DNA of 40,000 nucleotides from sequence record MT774394.1; one strand, 5' to 3'. The position numbers were made by a program, and so were the translations under genes. How positions within the stretch are numbered: position 1 is the first letter of the stretch; each line of letters begins with the position of its first letter. Below, piece after piece: positions 17,879 through 27,373 of this stretch. This stretch comes from an uncultured phage cr271_1. Under the pieces are notes generated by a model. It was not told the DNA's origin. It searched no databases and was given only the letters and a program-made list of their open reading frames with translations.

Positions 17879-18097
17879 TTAAAAATTATAAAGTTCAACA
17901 CTTTCTTCATCTGCTAAAACTTGAATACAAGGTACTACAGTTTCTTCTCCAACTGTACAATTAAGCATTATTGGAGTACTATTAGGTAAACTTCGGCAAG
18001 TTTCATTAAGAAACCTCCGAAGTTGACCTAAATGAAGTACACTTGCATCATCATTTCCTAATTTAAACATAGGATATTCTTGATGCATAGTTTCCAT
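17879..18097 (-). CDS. Hypothetical protein (72 aa)
   Basis: ORF in tightly packed minus-strand operon. Confidence 0.6.
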   Translation of the reverse strand: METMHQEYPMFKLGNDDASVLHLGQLRRFLNETCRSLPNSTPIMLNCTVGEETVVPCIQVLADEESVELYNF

Positions 18098-18098
18098 A

Positions 18099-18863
18099 TT
18101 ATTTAATATTTATACTTTGTTTAGTTACAAATGTAGCAAATGAAGGACAAACACTTGTAGATTTAATTTCATCTTTAAGAGCTTTCTTGTCAATAACAGG
18201 CTTAGCACTTACACTAGTGTTATAATTTAATATAGCACGCATAAGATTACGACCTTCTTCTGTAGAAATCATATCTTTAAGACTAATTCTAAAGTCAAGG
18301 TCTGCTTGAATCTTAGCCATGTCATCTTCAGTAAAGTCTGGAAGAATAGCATCTTCGTCAAAATCATTACCGTGTGCTTTATTACAATAATCAGTAATTT
18401 CTTTACAATCAAACTCAGTTTGGTCAAAAGTATTCTGATAACGAAGCCAATTAAAATAAGAAATAAATCTATTAGTAAATGCCTTAAGTTTATCATCATC
18501 AAGTTCAATACTTTCAGATTTACGAAGACTTACTTTACCAGTACCATAATCAATAAACTTAACACCAGTCTTAGATGTATCACCAAACATTTGAATAGCC
18601 TCAACCATAACTTGCTTAAGACGTTCAATAGTCTTTTCTTTAGATTTCTTGATAGCATCAAGACGAGCTTTCTCATCTTTAATTGCAGCAAGGTCACACT
18701 CTAACTGACGAACAACACAAGTATAAGAACGAATCTTATCTTCAAATTCATCTTGAGATATACGAAGTTGTTCTTCAAGTTCAGGAGTAATTTCTCCTTC
18801 ATTTGCTTCAATTTGATCAAAAATCTCAAGAAGGTCTTGTTGAATATTATAAATACTAGCCAT
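18099..18863 (-). CDS. Siphovirus Gp157-like protein
   Basis: N-terminal coiled-coil then AIKDEKARLDAIKKSKEKTIERLKQVMVEAIQ...GKVSLRKSESIELDDDKL, typical of Gp157. Confidence 0.75.
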   Translation of the reverse strand: MASIYNIQQDLLEIFDQIEANEGEITPELEEQLRISQDEFEDKIRSYTCVVRQLECDLAAIKDEKARLDAIKKSKEKTIERLKQVMVEAIQMFGDTSKTGVKFIDYGTGKVSLRKSESIELDDDKLKAFTNRFISYFNWLRYQNTFDQTEFDCKEITDYCNKAHGNDFDEDAILPDFTEDDMAKIQADLDFRISLKDMISTEEGRNLMRAILNYNTSVSAKPVIDKKALKDEIKSTSVCPSFATFVTKQSINIK

Positions 18864-18865
18864 AA

Positions 18866-19117
18866 TTATTCCTCCTCTTCTTTATAATCAGAAATGTAAT
18901 CTTGAACATTAACTTTTGCTTCTACAAGTTTAATCTCAATTATATCGCTTTCTTTGTACTTGATATACTCTGATTTTTGAGTATCAGGATTCCAAACATA
19001 AGGAGCTACTGTAGTTATAGCTTCAGATAAACTAGTCGCAACACAAGTAATCTGTATTTTACCTTCTTTTGCTGATTTATCTTTAACAGATACTTTATAA
19101 ATATTTGCTTTTTTCAT
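18866..19117 (-). CDS. Hypothetical protein (83 aa)
   Basis: ORF; acidic C terminus DYKEEEE. Confidence 0.6.
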   Translation of the reverse strand: MKKANIYKVSVKDKSAKEGKIQITCVATSLSEAITTVAPYVWNPDTQKSEYIKYKESDIIEIKLVEAKVNVQDYISDYKEEEE

Positions 19118-19120
19118 AAC

Positions 19121-19312
19121 TTATTCTTTTAGAGTTGATAATTCAAGTTTATTTTCAGTATACATAAAGTGACAATTATCTTCTTTAAGACCATGCTTTT
19201 CTAGAATTTCATCACTAGTAAGTTTTTGGTCTTCTTCTGTAAGTTCTATTTCATATATAGCAGGATATGAAAATTCAAGAACATATAGATAACCAAATTT
19301 ATTCTCTTCCAT
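19121..19312 (-). CDS. Hypothetical protein (63 aa)
   Basis: ORF in operon context. Confidence 0.55.
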   Translation of the reverse strand: MEENKFGYLYVLEFSYPAIYEIELTEEDQKLTSDEILEKHGLKEDNCHFMYTENKLELSTLKE

Positions 19313-19478
19313 AACCAGTTTCAGTATAAATTCTTACAGATTTAATTTTGCCACAATTACTACAACGAGAAATAATAACTTTTCCAACTAAAATTCCATG
19401 AGCATCTCGAAGTTCTTCTTCTTTTAGTACTTCATACTTATGAATACCAAAAATTTTACACCATACGTTCTGTGTCAT
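19299..19478 (-). CDS. Small zinc-ribbon-like protein (59 aa)
   Basis: MTQNVWCKIFGIHKYEVLKEEELRDAHGILVGKVIISRCSNCGKIKSVRIYTETGYGRE: C..H..CxxC pattern; below the length cut-off of the supplied ORF track. Confidence 0.6.
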   Translation of the reverse strand: MTQNVWCKIFGIHKYEVLKEEELRDAHGILVGKVIISRCSNCGKIKSVRIYTETGYGRE

Positions 19479-20370
19479 AATTAATATATTTACGTTTAAT
19501 AAATTCTTTCATAAGAGGTTCTGCAAGTTCTTTAGCTTGAGGATGAGGAGCACCTGTAGTACCTTTTGCTCTAAGGTCAAAGAAATGTTTCCAACCAGTT
19601 TCATCAGCAAAACCAGTCATAATCAGTTCTGTCTTTAAAGCATTAGGTAAAACAGTAGCAGCTTGTTGAGGTTTCCATCCACTATTAATCATAAAATTAT
19701 AAGTAGATTCAACATTTTCAAGCATTTCAGTTAGCATAACAAATCGTTCACTACGATCGTATTCTCCAGGAACATACTCTTCATCAAGCCAACAAGGTTG
19801 AATAAAAGTAAGCTCTCCATCAAACTTATCTTTAGTATAATTACAATAACGAGTACTTTCTTGTGCAAAACTAAATACTCTATGCCGAACAAATTCATGA
19901 CTAACTTGACGATTACAGATAAATCTTACAGTATATCGTTTAACATGATTAAGATGAGGTTCACAAATATATTCTAAATCTTTCTCCCAACCATTTTCAA
20001 TAATAACTCTAAGATTAGTAGTAACAAGTAAATAACCCATTATAGTTTGATTAAAATAACCAAGACCGTCAGTATATTCTTGAAGTTCGGAACATCTAGT
20101 ATAAGGATTGTTTATATATTTACTACAGAGACCAGGATGTGTAATTCTATGAAGCATATTATAAGGAATTTTAAGATAAACAGTACCATGTTCTAACATA
20201 GCAAAATGTTTACTATTAATCATTCTATTAACAAACGGTGTAGCAGAATCTTCGGTTATTTTATCAGCAGATTTATAACAAGTTCTACCACACAATTCAA
20301 TATGCTTATAAATAGCATCAATACTAAAACCTTGTTCTAGTATTTCAAATGATGGTTTAATCAGTTTCAT
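19456..20370 (-). CDS. thyX: FAD-dependent thymidylate synthase
   Basis: RHRVFSFAQESTRY ThyX signature. Confidence 0.93.
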   Translation of the reverse strand: MKLIKPSFEILEQGFSIDAIYKHIELCGRTCYKSADKITEDSATPFVNRMINSKHFAMLEHGTVYLKIPYNMLHRITHPGLCSKYINNPYTRCSELQEYTDGLGYFNQTIMGYLLVTTNLRVIIENGWEKDLEYICEPHLNHVKRYTVRFICNRQVSHEFVRHRVFSFAQESTRYCNYTKDKFDGELTFIQPCWLDEEYVPGEYDRSERFVMLTEMLENVESTYNFMINSGWKPQQAATVLPNALKTELIMTGFADETGWKHFFDLRAKGTTGAPHPQAKELAEPLMKEFIKRKYINYDTERMV

Positions 20371-20707
20371 TTTGTTTACTATTATTAACTAGTTTATTAA
20401 ATTCAGATTCTTCCATAAAACAAATACCTTTTGGAGGAATAGGAACATTCAAACAATCATTAGGAACTAACATATAAACTCCTGTAGGTTTTATTCCATC
20501 TGGTGTTTGTTTAGCACTAAGTATAAAAGTATTACCTTCTTTAACTTTCTGCTTACAATCATCACATAAGTCCATACTTGTCATTCGATAAGGTGCTTTC
20601 TTTCCACCATTAGCTCCTAATAATGCAATACCAACATCGTTTCCACAAAGAGGACAAACTAATAGACTTGGATTCAAACCATGTTCTTTACTTAATTTCA
20701 GTGCCAT
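20357..20707 (-). CDS. Zinc-finger-containing hypothetical protein
   Basis: CPLCGND ... LCDDCKQ. Confidence 0.6.
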   Translation of the reverse strand: MALKLSKEHGLNPSLLVCPLCGNDVGIALLGANGGKKAPYRMTSMDLCDDCKQKVKEGNTFILSAKQTPDGIKPTGVYMLVPNDCLNVPIPPKGICFMEESEFNKLVNNSKQNETD

Positions 20708-21032
20708 AACTAAGTTGTCTTATACGTTCTTTAGCAATATGAATGATTTTCTTATAATCTTTAATCCTAGAATTAAGTTTAGTAAATCCAGGTTCTTCTT
20801 TTTCACGAAGTATTCTTTTAATAATATCATGGTCAAAAGAAGTAAGATTAGGATAATCTAACCATATAGTCCAAGGTTGAATAACATGGTCATCAGTAGA
20901 ATAACCACTTTCTCCAACATTATAACTTCTTGTATCTTCGACATCGTCATCAAGACTTGGAAGAATACCAAGATAAGCTAACTTATTGTATATCTCAATA
21001 GGAATAGCTACAGTTGTTTTATTATCTACCAT
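20688..21032 (-). CDS. Hypothetical protein (114 aa)
   Basis: ORF in operon context. Confidence 0.55.
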   Translation of the reverse strand: MVDNKTTVAIPIEIYNKLAYLGILPSLDDDVEDTRSYNVGESGYSTDDHVIQPWTIWLDYPNLTSFDHDIIKRILREKEEPGFTKLNSRIKDYKKIIHIAKERIRQLSYGTEIK

Positions 21033-21072
21033 ATTACAAAGTTAATTAAAATTATTTACAATACCAAATTTT

Positions 21073-21179
21073 ATTTAATTTTATTTTGAGCGATTTCAGA
21101 CACTTTTTAATTTCTCTCCTTATAAGTTGTCCACCTATTAAGAGAAAGTCCAACAGAAGCAACGAGAAGCGGCAAATTT
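21073..21179 (-). repeat. Copy A of a three-copy ~105-nt non-coding element
   Basis: ATTTAATTTTATTTTG (21073-21088), CCTTATAAGTTGTC, CAACAGAAGCAACGAG, AAATTT (21174-21179). Confidence 0.5.
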
Positions 21180-21660
21180 AACCTCTCCTCGATTTAGTAG
21201 CCTCCATTTCAGCATAACCATCATCGCTTGTTATACCAAAAACTTCTTTAAAAGCATCAAGTTCAAAATCAAGAGTAGGTTGAAGAGCATGAACAACAGT
21301 AGGATATGATTTAAGTAAATTATGAAACTGCCAAAGTCTATAATTTGAATCATAACATTTAGCAATTAATTCAAGAAATAAAAAACTAACAAGTTTAACT
21401 TCATTTTGATATTTTCTATATTGTTCAATACCAGCTTGAAAAGCATAATTATCAAGTTGAGAAACAGTCTTTAATAACATATCCCATTGAAACTTCTCAT
21501 CTCGTGGTATCTTTATTTGTAAATCTTTATGTTGTTGTAGCATACTACTTACATAATGTTTAAGAACACTAGCAACAATCAAACAAAAATTAGTAAGATG
21601 TTCCATATTAGCAACTTGTTGTTGTCTTTCTGGAGTAAGTTCTTGTTTATCTTTTGTCAT
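21178..21660 (-). CDS. Hypothetical protein (160 aa)
   Basis: ORF in operon context. Confidence 0.6.
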   Translation of the reverse strand: MTKDKQELTPERQQQVANMEHLTNFCLIVASVLKHYVSSMLQQHKDLQIKIPRDEKFQWDMLLKTVSQLDNYAFQAGIEQYRKYQNEVKLVSFLFLELIAKCYDSNYRLWQFHNLLKSYPTVVHALQPTLDFELDAFKEVFGITSDDGYAEMEATKSRRG

Positions 21661-21672
21661 AACAATTCACAT

Positions 21673-21690
21673 TTCTTCTACGGGGGAGCT
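21673..21690 (+). repeat. Intergenic copy of dispersed TTCTTCTACGGGGGAGCT repeat
   Basis: Exact core ACGGGGGAGC at 21680-21689, directly between two minus-strand ORFs. Confidence 0.85.
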
Positions 21691-21691
21691 A

Positions 21692-22048
21692 TTATACATC
21701 TAATTTGTATATATCTCCATCTGCAGAATGTTCTTCAAGACTAATCGAAATATTAAAATCAGAAGTGACATTAGACAAATAAGTCTCACCCCATATAGGA
21801 GCAAGACTTATTTTACATCTACCATAATCGTCAACTTTAGTTCGTTTATATTCTCTATCTATAGGAGGATTATCTAACATAACTACAAAATAATCTGTAG
21901 TATTAGTAGATTTATCATATCTTTTAGTTAAAAGAACATAATCTCGAACATTTAGTTCACGACTTAATAACATCTTTTTCTTTATGTCAATCCATGACTT
22001 TTGTTTGTTTATTTTTTCTACTACATTATCATACGCATTAAGATTCAT
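21692..22048 (-). CDS. Hypothetical protein (118 aa)
   Basis: ORF. Confidence 0.6.
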   Translation of the reverse strand: MNLNAYDNVVEKINKQKSWIDIKKKMLLSRELNVRDYVLLTKRYDKSTNTTDYFVVMLDNPPIDREYKRTKVDDYGRCKISLAPIWGETYLSNVTSDFNISISLEEHSADGDIYKLDV

Positions 22049-22051
22049 AAT

Positions 22052-22264
22052 TTAATCATCTATATATTTATGAAATTGAATATCAAATACTAGATATATA
22101 TTAATAAAACGAAGTTGTATAGATAGCCAAGTATTACTTTTACAAATGTTAATATACGGAGTACACCATCCTTCATCTGTTATACCTAGACCAATATCAA
22201 TTCTAAGATGATAAGTATCAAGATAATATCTTAATTTACTAATTATCAACTTATAGATTTCCAT
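22052..22264 (-). CDS. Hypothetical protein (70 aa)
   Basis: ORF. Confidence 0.45.
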   Translation of the reverse strand: MEIYKLIISKLRYYLDTYHLRIDIGLGITDEGWCTPYINICKSNTWLSIQLRFINIYLVFDIQFHKYIDD

Positions 22265-22854
22265 TTTAACATAAATTTTAGTCCATATTTTTTAATAATA
22301 TAAGAGTTATTTATATATTTATTAATAGTTTGGTTTATCATATGAAGTTTTCTTCCACAATCACTTATAGATTCAAATTCAGCTATAATTTCATTGGTGT
22401 TAATATCTATTTGAATTATAGGTTTAGGAGGATAACCACTTTTATGATTTAATTTTTGGTTTTCATTATAAAGTCGTGTACACCATTCTAAATTTTTAAC
22501 ATTATTATTTTCTTTATTATTATCTATATGATTAATTTCAGGTAAGTTATTAGGATTTGGAATAAATGTTTCTGCTACTAATCTATGAATATAAAACCTA
22601 TGTTGTTTATTACCAAGCCAAAGATTAACAAATAAATATCCATTACCATTATTTCCTGGATGTAAATATCTACTTTTAATAGGTTTTAATTCTCCATTAG
22701 AACAAATTACAGTTCGAGCTTTACTTTTAACTATACCATAATTAGATATTTGATAATAATCTTCAAATCCTTTTATATCTTTAAATATAGAATTTGGATT
22801 TATATAAATATCAGAAGGTACACGTTTTTTACATTTAATTTTAATTTTAAACAT
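22246..22854 (-). mobile_element. HNH homing endonuclease (NUMOD4 + HNH type), apparently free-standing
   Basis: DIKGFEDYYQISNYGIVKSKAR (NUMOD4-like), HRLVAETFIPNPNNLPEINHIDNNKENNNVKNLEWCTRLYNENQ (HNH), followed by a C-terminal modular DNA-binding-type segment. Confidence 0.92.
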
Positions 22855-22856
22855 AA

Positions 22857-24062
22857 CTATATTTTAATCAACTCTATTATCTTTGAATGAAATGGCACTT
22901 GTTTTACTCCTGATCTTTCTCTATATTCAACTAATGCTAAATATTTACCAATATATTTATTTTTATTTATAAGAATTTCTTCTTGTTCTACTTGAGGTTT
23001 ATTAAGAGTTACTTCAAACAATTCATCGTTAATATCATTCTTACAAACAAACTTAGGAAGATTAGTTCGTTTACCTTCTGGAATAATATCAACAATAAGA
23101 AATTTACCATCCTCTTTACGTTTAAACTTCATCATTGCTTGATTACGTTTTCCACCAAATTGATAAGAAGCAGCATCATCTCTAATTACAAGTCCTTCAA
23201 ATCCCATATCAATAAATTCATCACGATAATGAACTGCTTCAGAGAAATCTTGAACACTATAATTAGGAAGAAGAATAAGACGCTCAGTATGATTAAGATG
23301 AAGATTCTTATTCATAGTTTGAGGAATAAATCTTCTAAAGTTTGCTTCAAGAGTACAATATCTTGCTATTGCAGACATATCAGGAATACAAATATCATAC
23401 ATCCAATATTGCAACTTATAATGTTGTGGAAGTTCAGTATTCTTAATGAAACTATTTATATCATTAATAGTATAACCTGGCAAATATAGTTCCCCATCAA
23501 GACCAATACCTTCTTCTATCATCATATCCAAAATAGTTTTAGATATGTTAGGAATAAGATATTCATCAAGATAACGAAGTTTATCTGTCCAATCAACACC
23601 TTCTCGACTACGGTAATTAAGATGAATATTTTGAAATAAATCATCATCTTTAAAAGCTGTAATTATACAACGTTCGCCATTAATTTTCCATTGTCCAGAA
23701 TAGATATGTTTAGTAAAAGGTTTATTATCTTCAAGAGTTTTACACAACATAGGAATAAATCTTCCATCTGCGTGAGTATTATCTTTAGGAAGATAATCAA
23801 GAAGATAACAATAAAGACTAGCCTCTTCAGGTATATACTCAGGAGCATTATCGTGCAAATCTTTAAGTTCTTTATAACCTTCTTTACGTTTACTATTAAT
23901 AGCAGATTTTATTTCATCTGCTACTTTTCTATGAGTATTATAAGTTTCAATACGACCTTCTTTTCCAACAAGACCATAACAAACTTCTATAGTATTATTA
24001 CCTATATCTTGAATTCTCCAAAATATAGGTTTACCTTGAGCATTTCTTTTATAAAGTATCAT
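22857..24062 (-). CDS. ATP-dependent DNA ligase
   Basis: QWKINGERC (KxxGxR nucleotidyltransferase motif), GIGLDGELY, FEGLVIRD, MMKFKR motifs; N-terminal WGR-like segment. Confidence 0.88.
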   Translation of the reverse strand: MILYKRNAQGKPIFWRIQDIGNNTIEVCYGLVGKEGRIETYNTHRKVADEIKSAINSKRKEGYKELKDLHDNAPEYIPEEASLYCYLLDYLPKDNTHADGRFIPMLCKTLEDNKPFTKHIYSGQWKINGERCIITAFKDDDLFQNIHLNYRSREGVDWTDKLRYLDEYLIPNISKTILDMMIEEGIGLDGELYLPGYTINDINSFIKNTELPQHYKLQYWMYDICIPDMSAIARYCTLEANFRRFIPQTMNKNLHLNHTERLILLPNYSVQDFSEAVHYRDEFIDMGFEGLVIRDDAASYQFGGKRNQAMMKFKRKEDGKFLIVDIIPEGKRTNLPKFVCKNDINDELFEVTLNKPQVEQEEILINKNKYIGKYLALVEYRERSGVKQVPFHSKIIELIKI

Positions 24063-24065
24063 AAC

Positions 24066-24587
24066 TTAATTTTGAGGTTTAATTTTAAAACTAAGAGCGT
24101 TAATTTTAGCTACTCTAGCAGCAAGTTTCTTTTCAGCAACAGTTTGTTTTTTAGGCATATCTGAAAAATCAATATCTTGTTGCTTAGCACGTTTTCTTTT
24201 AGATTTGGAACTGTCACTACCACTATATTGTTTTTCATATTTACGAAGGTCTTTTTCAGTTCCATACCATATAGGAGGATTTGTTTGTTCGTATTCAAGA
24301 TTATCACTATGACGTTTTAAAAGTCTTTTGAAATATTCATCTTGTTTATCTTCTTCAACATAATTTTTAATAGTAAATACTGTCTCTGTTATAGTATGTC
24401 TATAAGGATAACCTATAGTTTGCATAGGACGTAAACCATCTTTACAAACACGAGTACAATTTAAACTATGAAAATTATATTCCAAAAAAGAATCAAGTCC
24501 AACACTTTGAATCTCATGTGGAACAAAACTTGTCATAAATGAATCAGGTTCATCTATATACTTTTGAATAGGACTTAAATCAATCAT
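24066..24587 (-). CDS. Hypothetical protein (173 aa)
   Basis: ORF; Lys/Arg-rich C-terminal half. Confidence 0.6.
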   Translation of the reverse strand: MIDLSPIQKYIDEPDSFMTSFVPHEIQSVGLDSFLEYNFHSLNCTRVCKDGLRPMQTIGYPYRHTITETVFTIKNYVEEDKQDEYFKRLLKRHSDNLEYEQTNPPIWYGTEKDLRKYEKQYSGSDSSKSKRKRAKQQDIDFSDMPKKQTVAEKKLAARVAKINALSFKIKPQN

Positions 24588-25051
24588 AATAATCTTCTAA
24601 ATAAAACAATACGTTCAGGTTTATTAAGACAACCGTGTGCATATCTTACTAAAACATCAGGTCGCCATGTTTCATACCATCTATATGTTTTTAGAGGAGA
24701 ATGACACTCATGAGTATCATAATGATAATCACTTGGAAGTACAATTCCTTTCCATCCTAAATAATCAAGAAAAGTAAAGGTAGCGATTTGTTTACAATCA
24801 TCGCTACCTTCGTGAAAATCAACTTCGCCATAACAATATATATTGTTACCATGCACTTGAAATGACGCATTACCTCTCTTGAGTGTCAATTGTTTACCAT
24901 CATCAAGTTGTTGTTCTTCTTCTTCCGTAATATAAGTCATAATCACTTGTTCTCTATGTCTTGTATCAATACGGGATATCAGAACATAATAATCCTGAAA
25001 AATCGGCATTGGGATAACATGAATCGTTTGATTTGTATCTAATTTTGACAT
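24584..25051 (-). CDS. Hypothetical protein (155 aa)
   Basis: ORF between ligase and primase; overlaps the 3' end of the primase ORF. Confidence 0.6.
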   Translation of the reverse strand: MSKLDTNQTIHVIPMPIFQDYYVLISRIDTRHREQVIMTYITEEEEQQLDDGKQLTLKRGNASFQVHGNNIYCYGEVDFHEGSDDCKQIATFTFLDYLGWKGIVLPSDYHYDTHECHSPLKTYRWYETWRPDVLVRYAHGCLNKPERIVLFRRLL

Positions 25052-26195
25052 AAGTTACAGTTTCTTTAAGAAATTGATCTATTTGTTCTTTACTATACAC
25101 ATCATGAAGATCAGCAAAATCTTTTGCTTTATAATTAGGAAGACCTAATTCTCCACGAGTAATAAAAAGATATGGAATGTTATACGTTTCTTTAAGGTAT
25201 CTAGCTCCATTACGACCAGTAGTATCAAAATCTAGTAAACTAAATATCATACCATCTGGTGCTAATTTAGCATAAAGCCATTCATATTCGTTTTCTTTAA
25301 GATGATAATTTTCACTAGGTAAATTAATAACACCAATTTTAAGTTTGGCACTAGCTCCCCCGTAGAGAGGATGCTGCATTATATGATTACCTATGCTCAA
25401 TCTATCTTTACTACTTTTAGTTATAATTATATAATCATAATCATTAAGTTCAAGATTAGGAAGTCCTTCAAGAACATTACAATTAGTTACAAATTTTAAC
25501 TCAGTAGCACGATTACGAAGAGGAAAATAAAGTTTAATAAAATAAATACCTTTACGATTCTGTCCAAGCATATAAGCATAACAAGGATCTTTAGACTTAT
25601 AATAATACTTAGGGTCACTATCGACTCCACGATTAATATAATACTGGTCAACTGGAATAACAAAATGTGTATTCAGATAATTAAGAGATATTCCCCACTT
25701 ATTCCAAATTGCTTTATCATTTTGATTCCAACTACGAGGTACAATTTCAATTATAGCACGCTTTTGTTTACCTATTGCAATTGCATTTCGTATCATATCA
25801 GTGACATTCTCATCAACTTCTTTGTCATCAATAATGTCACTAAATGTATAAGCTATATGTTTAAGGACGTAATAAAAATCTTGTTTATTATTTGTTTCAA
25901 TCTTTCTATCACATATTAAAGATAATACATAAGCAACTACGCCATATACATCTTCAAAGAATCCAAAACCACCGAAATCACGTACCTTTAGACGACCTTT
26001 ATTGTTGTATTGTATTCCCATACTTTTATTGTAATCATCATCTCTAAATACGGACTCGATTAAATGATTATGTTGAATGCAATCTTGAACAACTTCCATA
26101 GGAATATCTAGGTACTTACTAACAATAAGCTCTTGAGATATTTTAGACTCTATGTAGTCTTTAGTAAGATTAGTAGTCGCTGGATTTCTTCTCAT
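24966..26195 (-). CDS. TOPRIM/DnaG-like primase of crAss-like phages
   Basis: TKSSKDRLSI and LLDFDTTGRNGARYL (TOPRIM DxD-like) with N-terminal primase-like region. Confidence 0.7.
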   Translation of the reverse strand: MRRNPATTNLTKDYIESKISQELIVSKYLDIPMEVVQDCIQHNHLIESVFRDDDYNKSMGIQYNNKGRLKVRDFGGFGFFEDVYGVVAYVLSLICDRKIETNNKQDFYYVLKHIAYTFSDIIDDKEVDENVTDMIRNAIAIGKQKRAIIEIVPRSWNQNDKAIWNKWGISLNYLNTHFVIPVDQYYINRGVDSDPKYYYKSKDPCYAYMLGQNRKGIYFIKLYFPLRNRATELKFVTNCNVLEGLPNLELNDYDYIIITKSSKDRLSIGNHIMQHPLYGGASAKLKIGVINLPSENYHLKENEYEWLYAKLAPDGMIFSLLDFDTTGRNGARYLKETYNIPYLFITRGELGLPNYKAKDFADLHDVYSKEQIDQFLKETVTYVKIRYKSNDSCYPNADFSGLLCSDIPY

Positions 26196-26212
26196 ATCTT
26201 TAACTATAAGAT

Positions 26213-26255
26213 AAAAAAAAAGAGGGGCAACATCACTTACGCGACATTACCCCTC
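26213..26255 (-). terminator. Strong rho-independent terminator
   Basis: On the minus strand: GAGGGGTAATGTC-GCGTAAGT-GATGTTGCCCCTC (13-bp stem with wobbles) followed by U8. Confidence 0.9.
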
Positions 26256-26324
26256 ATGAACATTCAAATTATTAGCAGTACTATCAAAGCGACGTACTAG
26301 CTATAAAACAATTAAAATTAATGT

Positions 26325-27269
26325 TTAGAAAGGCATATCGCCACCTGCTGCAGCACTAGCATCAGCACCAGGATTATACATACCTCCCATATCTCCTATA
26401 GGACCACCAGCCATTACACCACCCATTCCAGGAGCAGCCATGCCAGGAGCACCAATAGTAGGAGCCTTCTTAGTTTCCTTAGGAGTAATAGATTCCTTAG
26501 CAAAGTCAAGACGAAGAACTGTAGGAGGTACATCCTTCTTCAGCAATTCAACTACACCATTACCAATGAAACTATCAAAACCAAGGTCACCATTCTGAGT
26601 AACATTAATCCAATCATTCTTACGCTTCTTATGACGAAGAAGTTTAAGCCAACAAGGAATAAACTTACCATCAGCTGTCTTAAAACAAGCTTTACCAGTA
26701 GCCTCATGGTCACCTGTAAACTCTCCATTCAGCATACTAGCAGCAGCTTCAAAGATAGCACGATAACCAGCAAGTACATCCTCTACATCAACAACAACAT
26801 ATTCGCCATTATCATCAGTATCGTCAAAAGGAAGACTTAAAGCTTCTTCTTCAGCCTCAGTAAGTTCACGACCTTTAAGATAGAATACATCAAGAATATG
26901 CTTAATCCAATTAAACACATTATTAACCTTCCACTCTTCAGTTCCACCAGGAATAGTATTAACATTACTTGGAATAGGGAACAGAGTCTGATAAACGTGA
27001 CGCTTTTCAGAAGCATTTGGATGATTTGAAGCGAAGTGAATAGTAAGACGAGGTACAGACATACTTGGGAAGTCTTTATTGTCCTCACTATTAGACCAAT
27101 CAACACGAACCTCCTCAAGATGACCTACAAACAGACCATTTTGAGCAGCATCTTTCTCATGGAACTTAAGCTGAGCAACAGCCTGAGTCTTATTACTAAC
27201 ACCTCTGCGAACTTTCTTTGTAGCAGTCTGTGCACCTTCTGCTACAGTCTTTTCTTTGTCATTTGTCAT
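26325..27269 (-). CDS. Probable single-stranded DNA-binding protein
   Basis: Gly/Ala/Met-rich disordered C terminus ending in GGDMPF, the acidic-hydrophobic tip typical of SSBs; neighbours are primase and RecT-like. Confidence 0.55.
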   Translation of the reverse strand: MTNDKEKTVAEGAQTATKKVRRGVSNKTQAVAQLKFHEKDAAQNGLFVGHLEEVRVDWSNSEDNKDFPSMSVPRLTIHFASNHPNASEKRHVYQTLFPIPSNVNTIPGGTEEWKVNNVFNWIKHILDVFYLKGRELTEAEEEALSLPFDDTDDNGEYVVVDVEDVLAGYRAIFEAAASMLNGEFTGDHEATGKACFKTADGKFIPCWLKLLRHKKRKNDWINVTQNGDLGFDSFIGNGVVELLKKDVPPTVLRLDFAKESITPKETKKAPTIGAPGMAAPGMGGVMAGGPIGDMGGMYNPGADASAAAGGDMPF

Positions 27270-27302
27270 AACTTAATTAAGTTTTTTAATAAAAATTAGA
27301 TG

Positions 27303-27342
27303 AAAAATCGGTGGATAATCCTTAGTTGTGGACTATCCACCG
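27303..27342 (-). terminator. Rho-independent-like terminator
   Basis: CGGTGGATAATCC ... GGACTATCCACCG (13-bp stem, one mismatch) with A5 on + at 27303-27307. Confidence 0.7.
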
Positions 27343-27373
27343 ACACAATGTTCACTTACTGGACAAGCATGAA

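Noticed and set aside
21061-21180. Treating the three-copy element as an ordinary Bacteroidetes promoter because of TAAATTTG on the minus strand
   Set aside because: The TAnnTTTG-like match is present in only one of three copies, the conserved region is ~105 nt, and copy C has no gene between it and a terminator.
25352-25370. YGGAS segment in the primase and YGGAN in the giant ORF as a shared protein motif
   Set aside because: The nucleotide core is conserved beyond the protein level and is read in other frames at other sites, so it is better explained as the dispersed DNA repeat.
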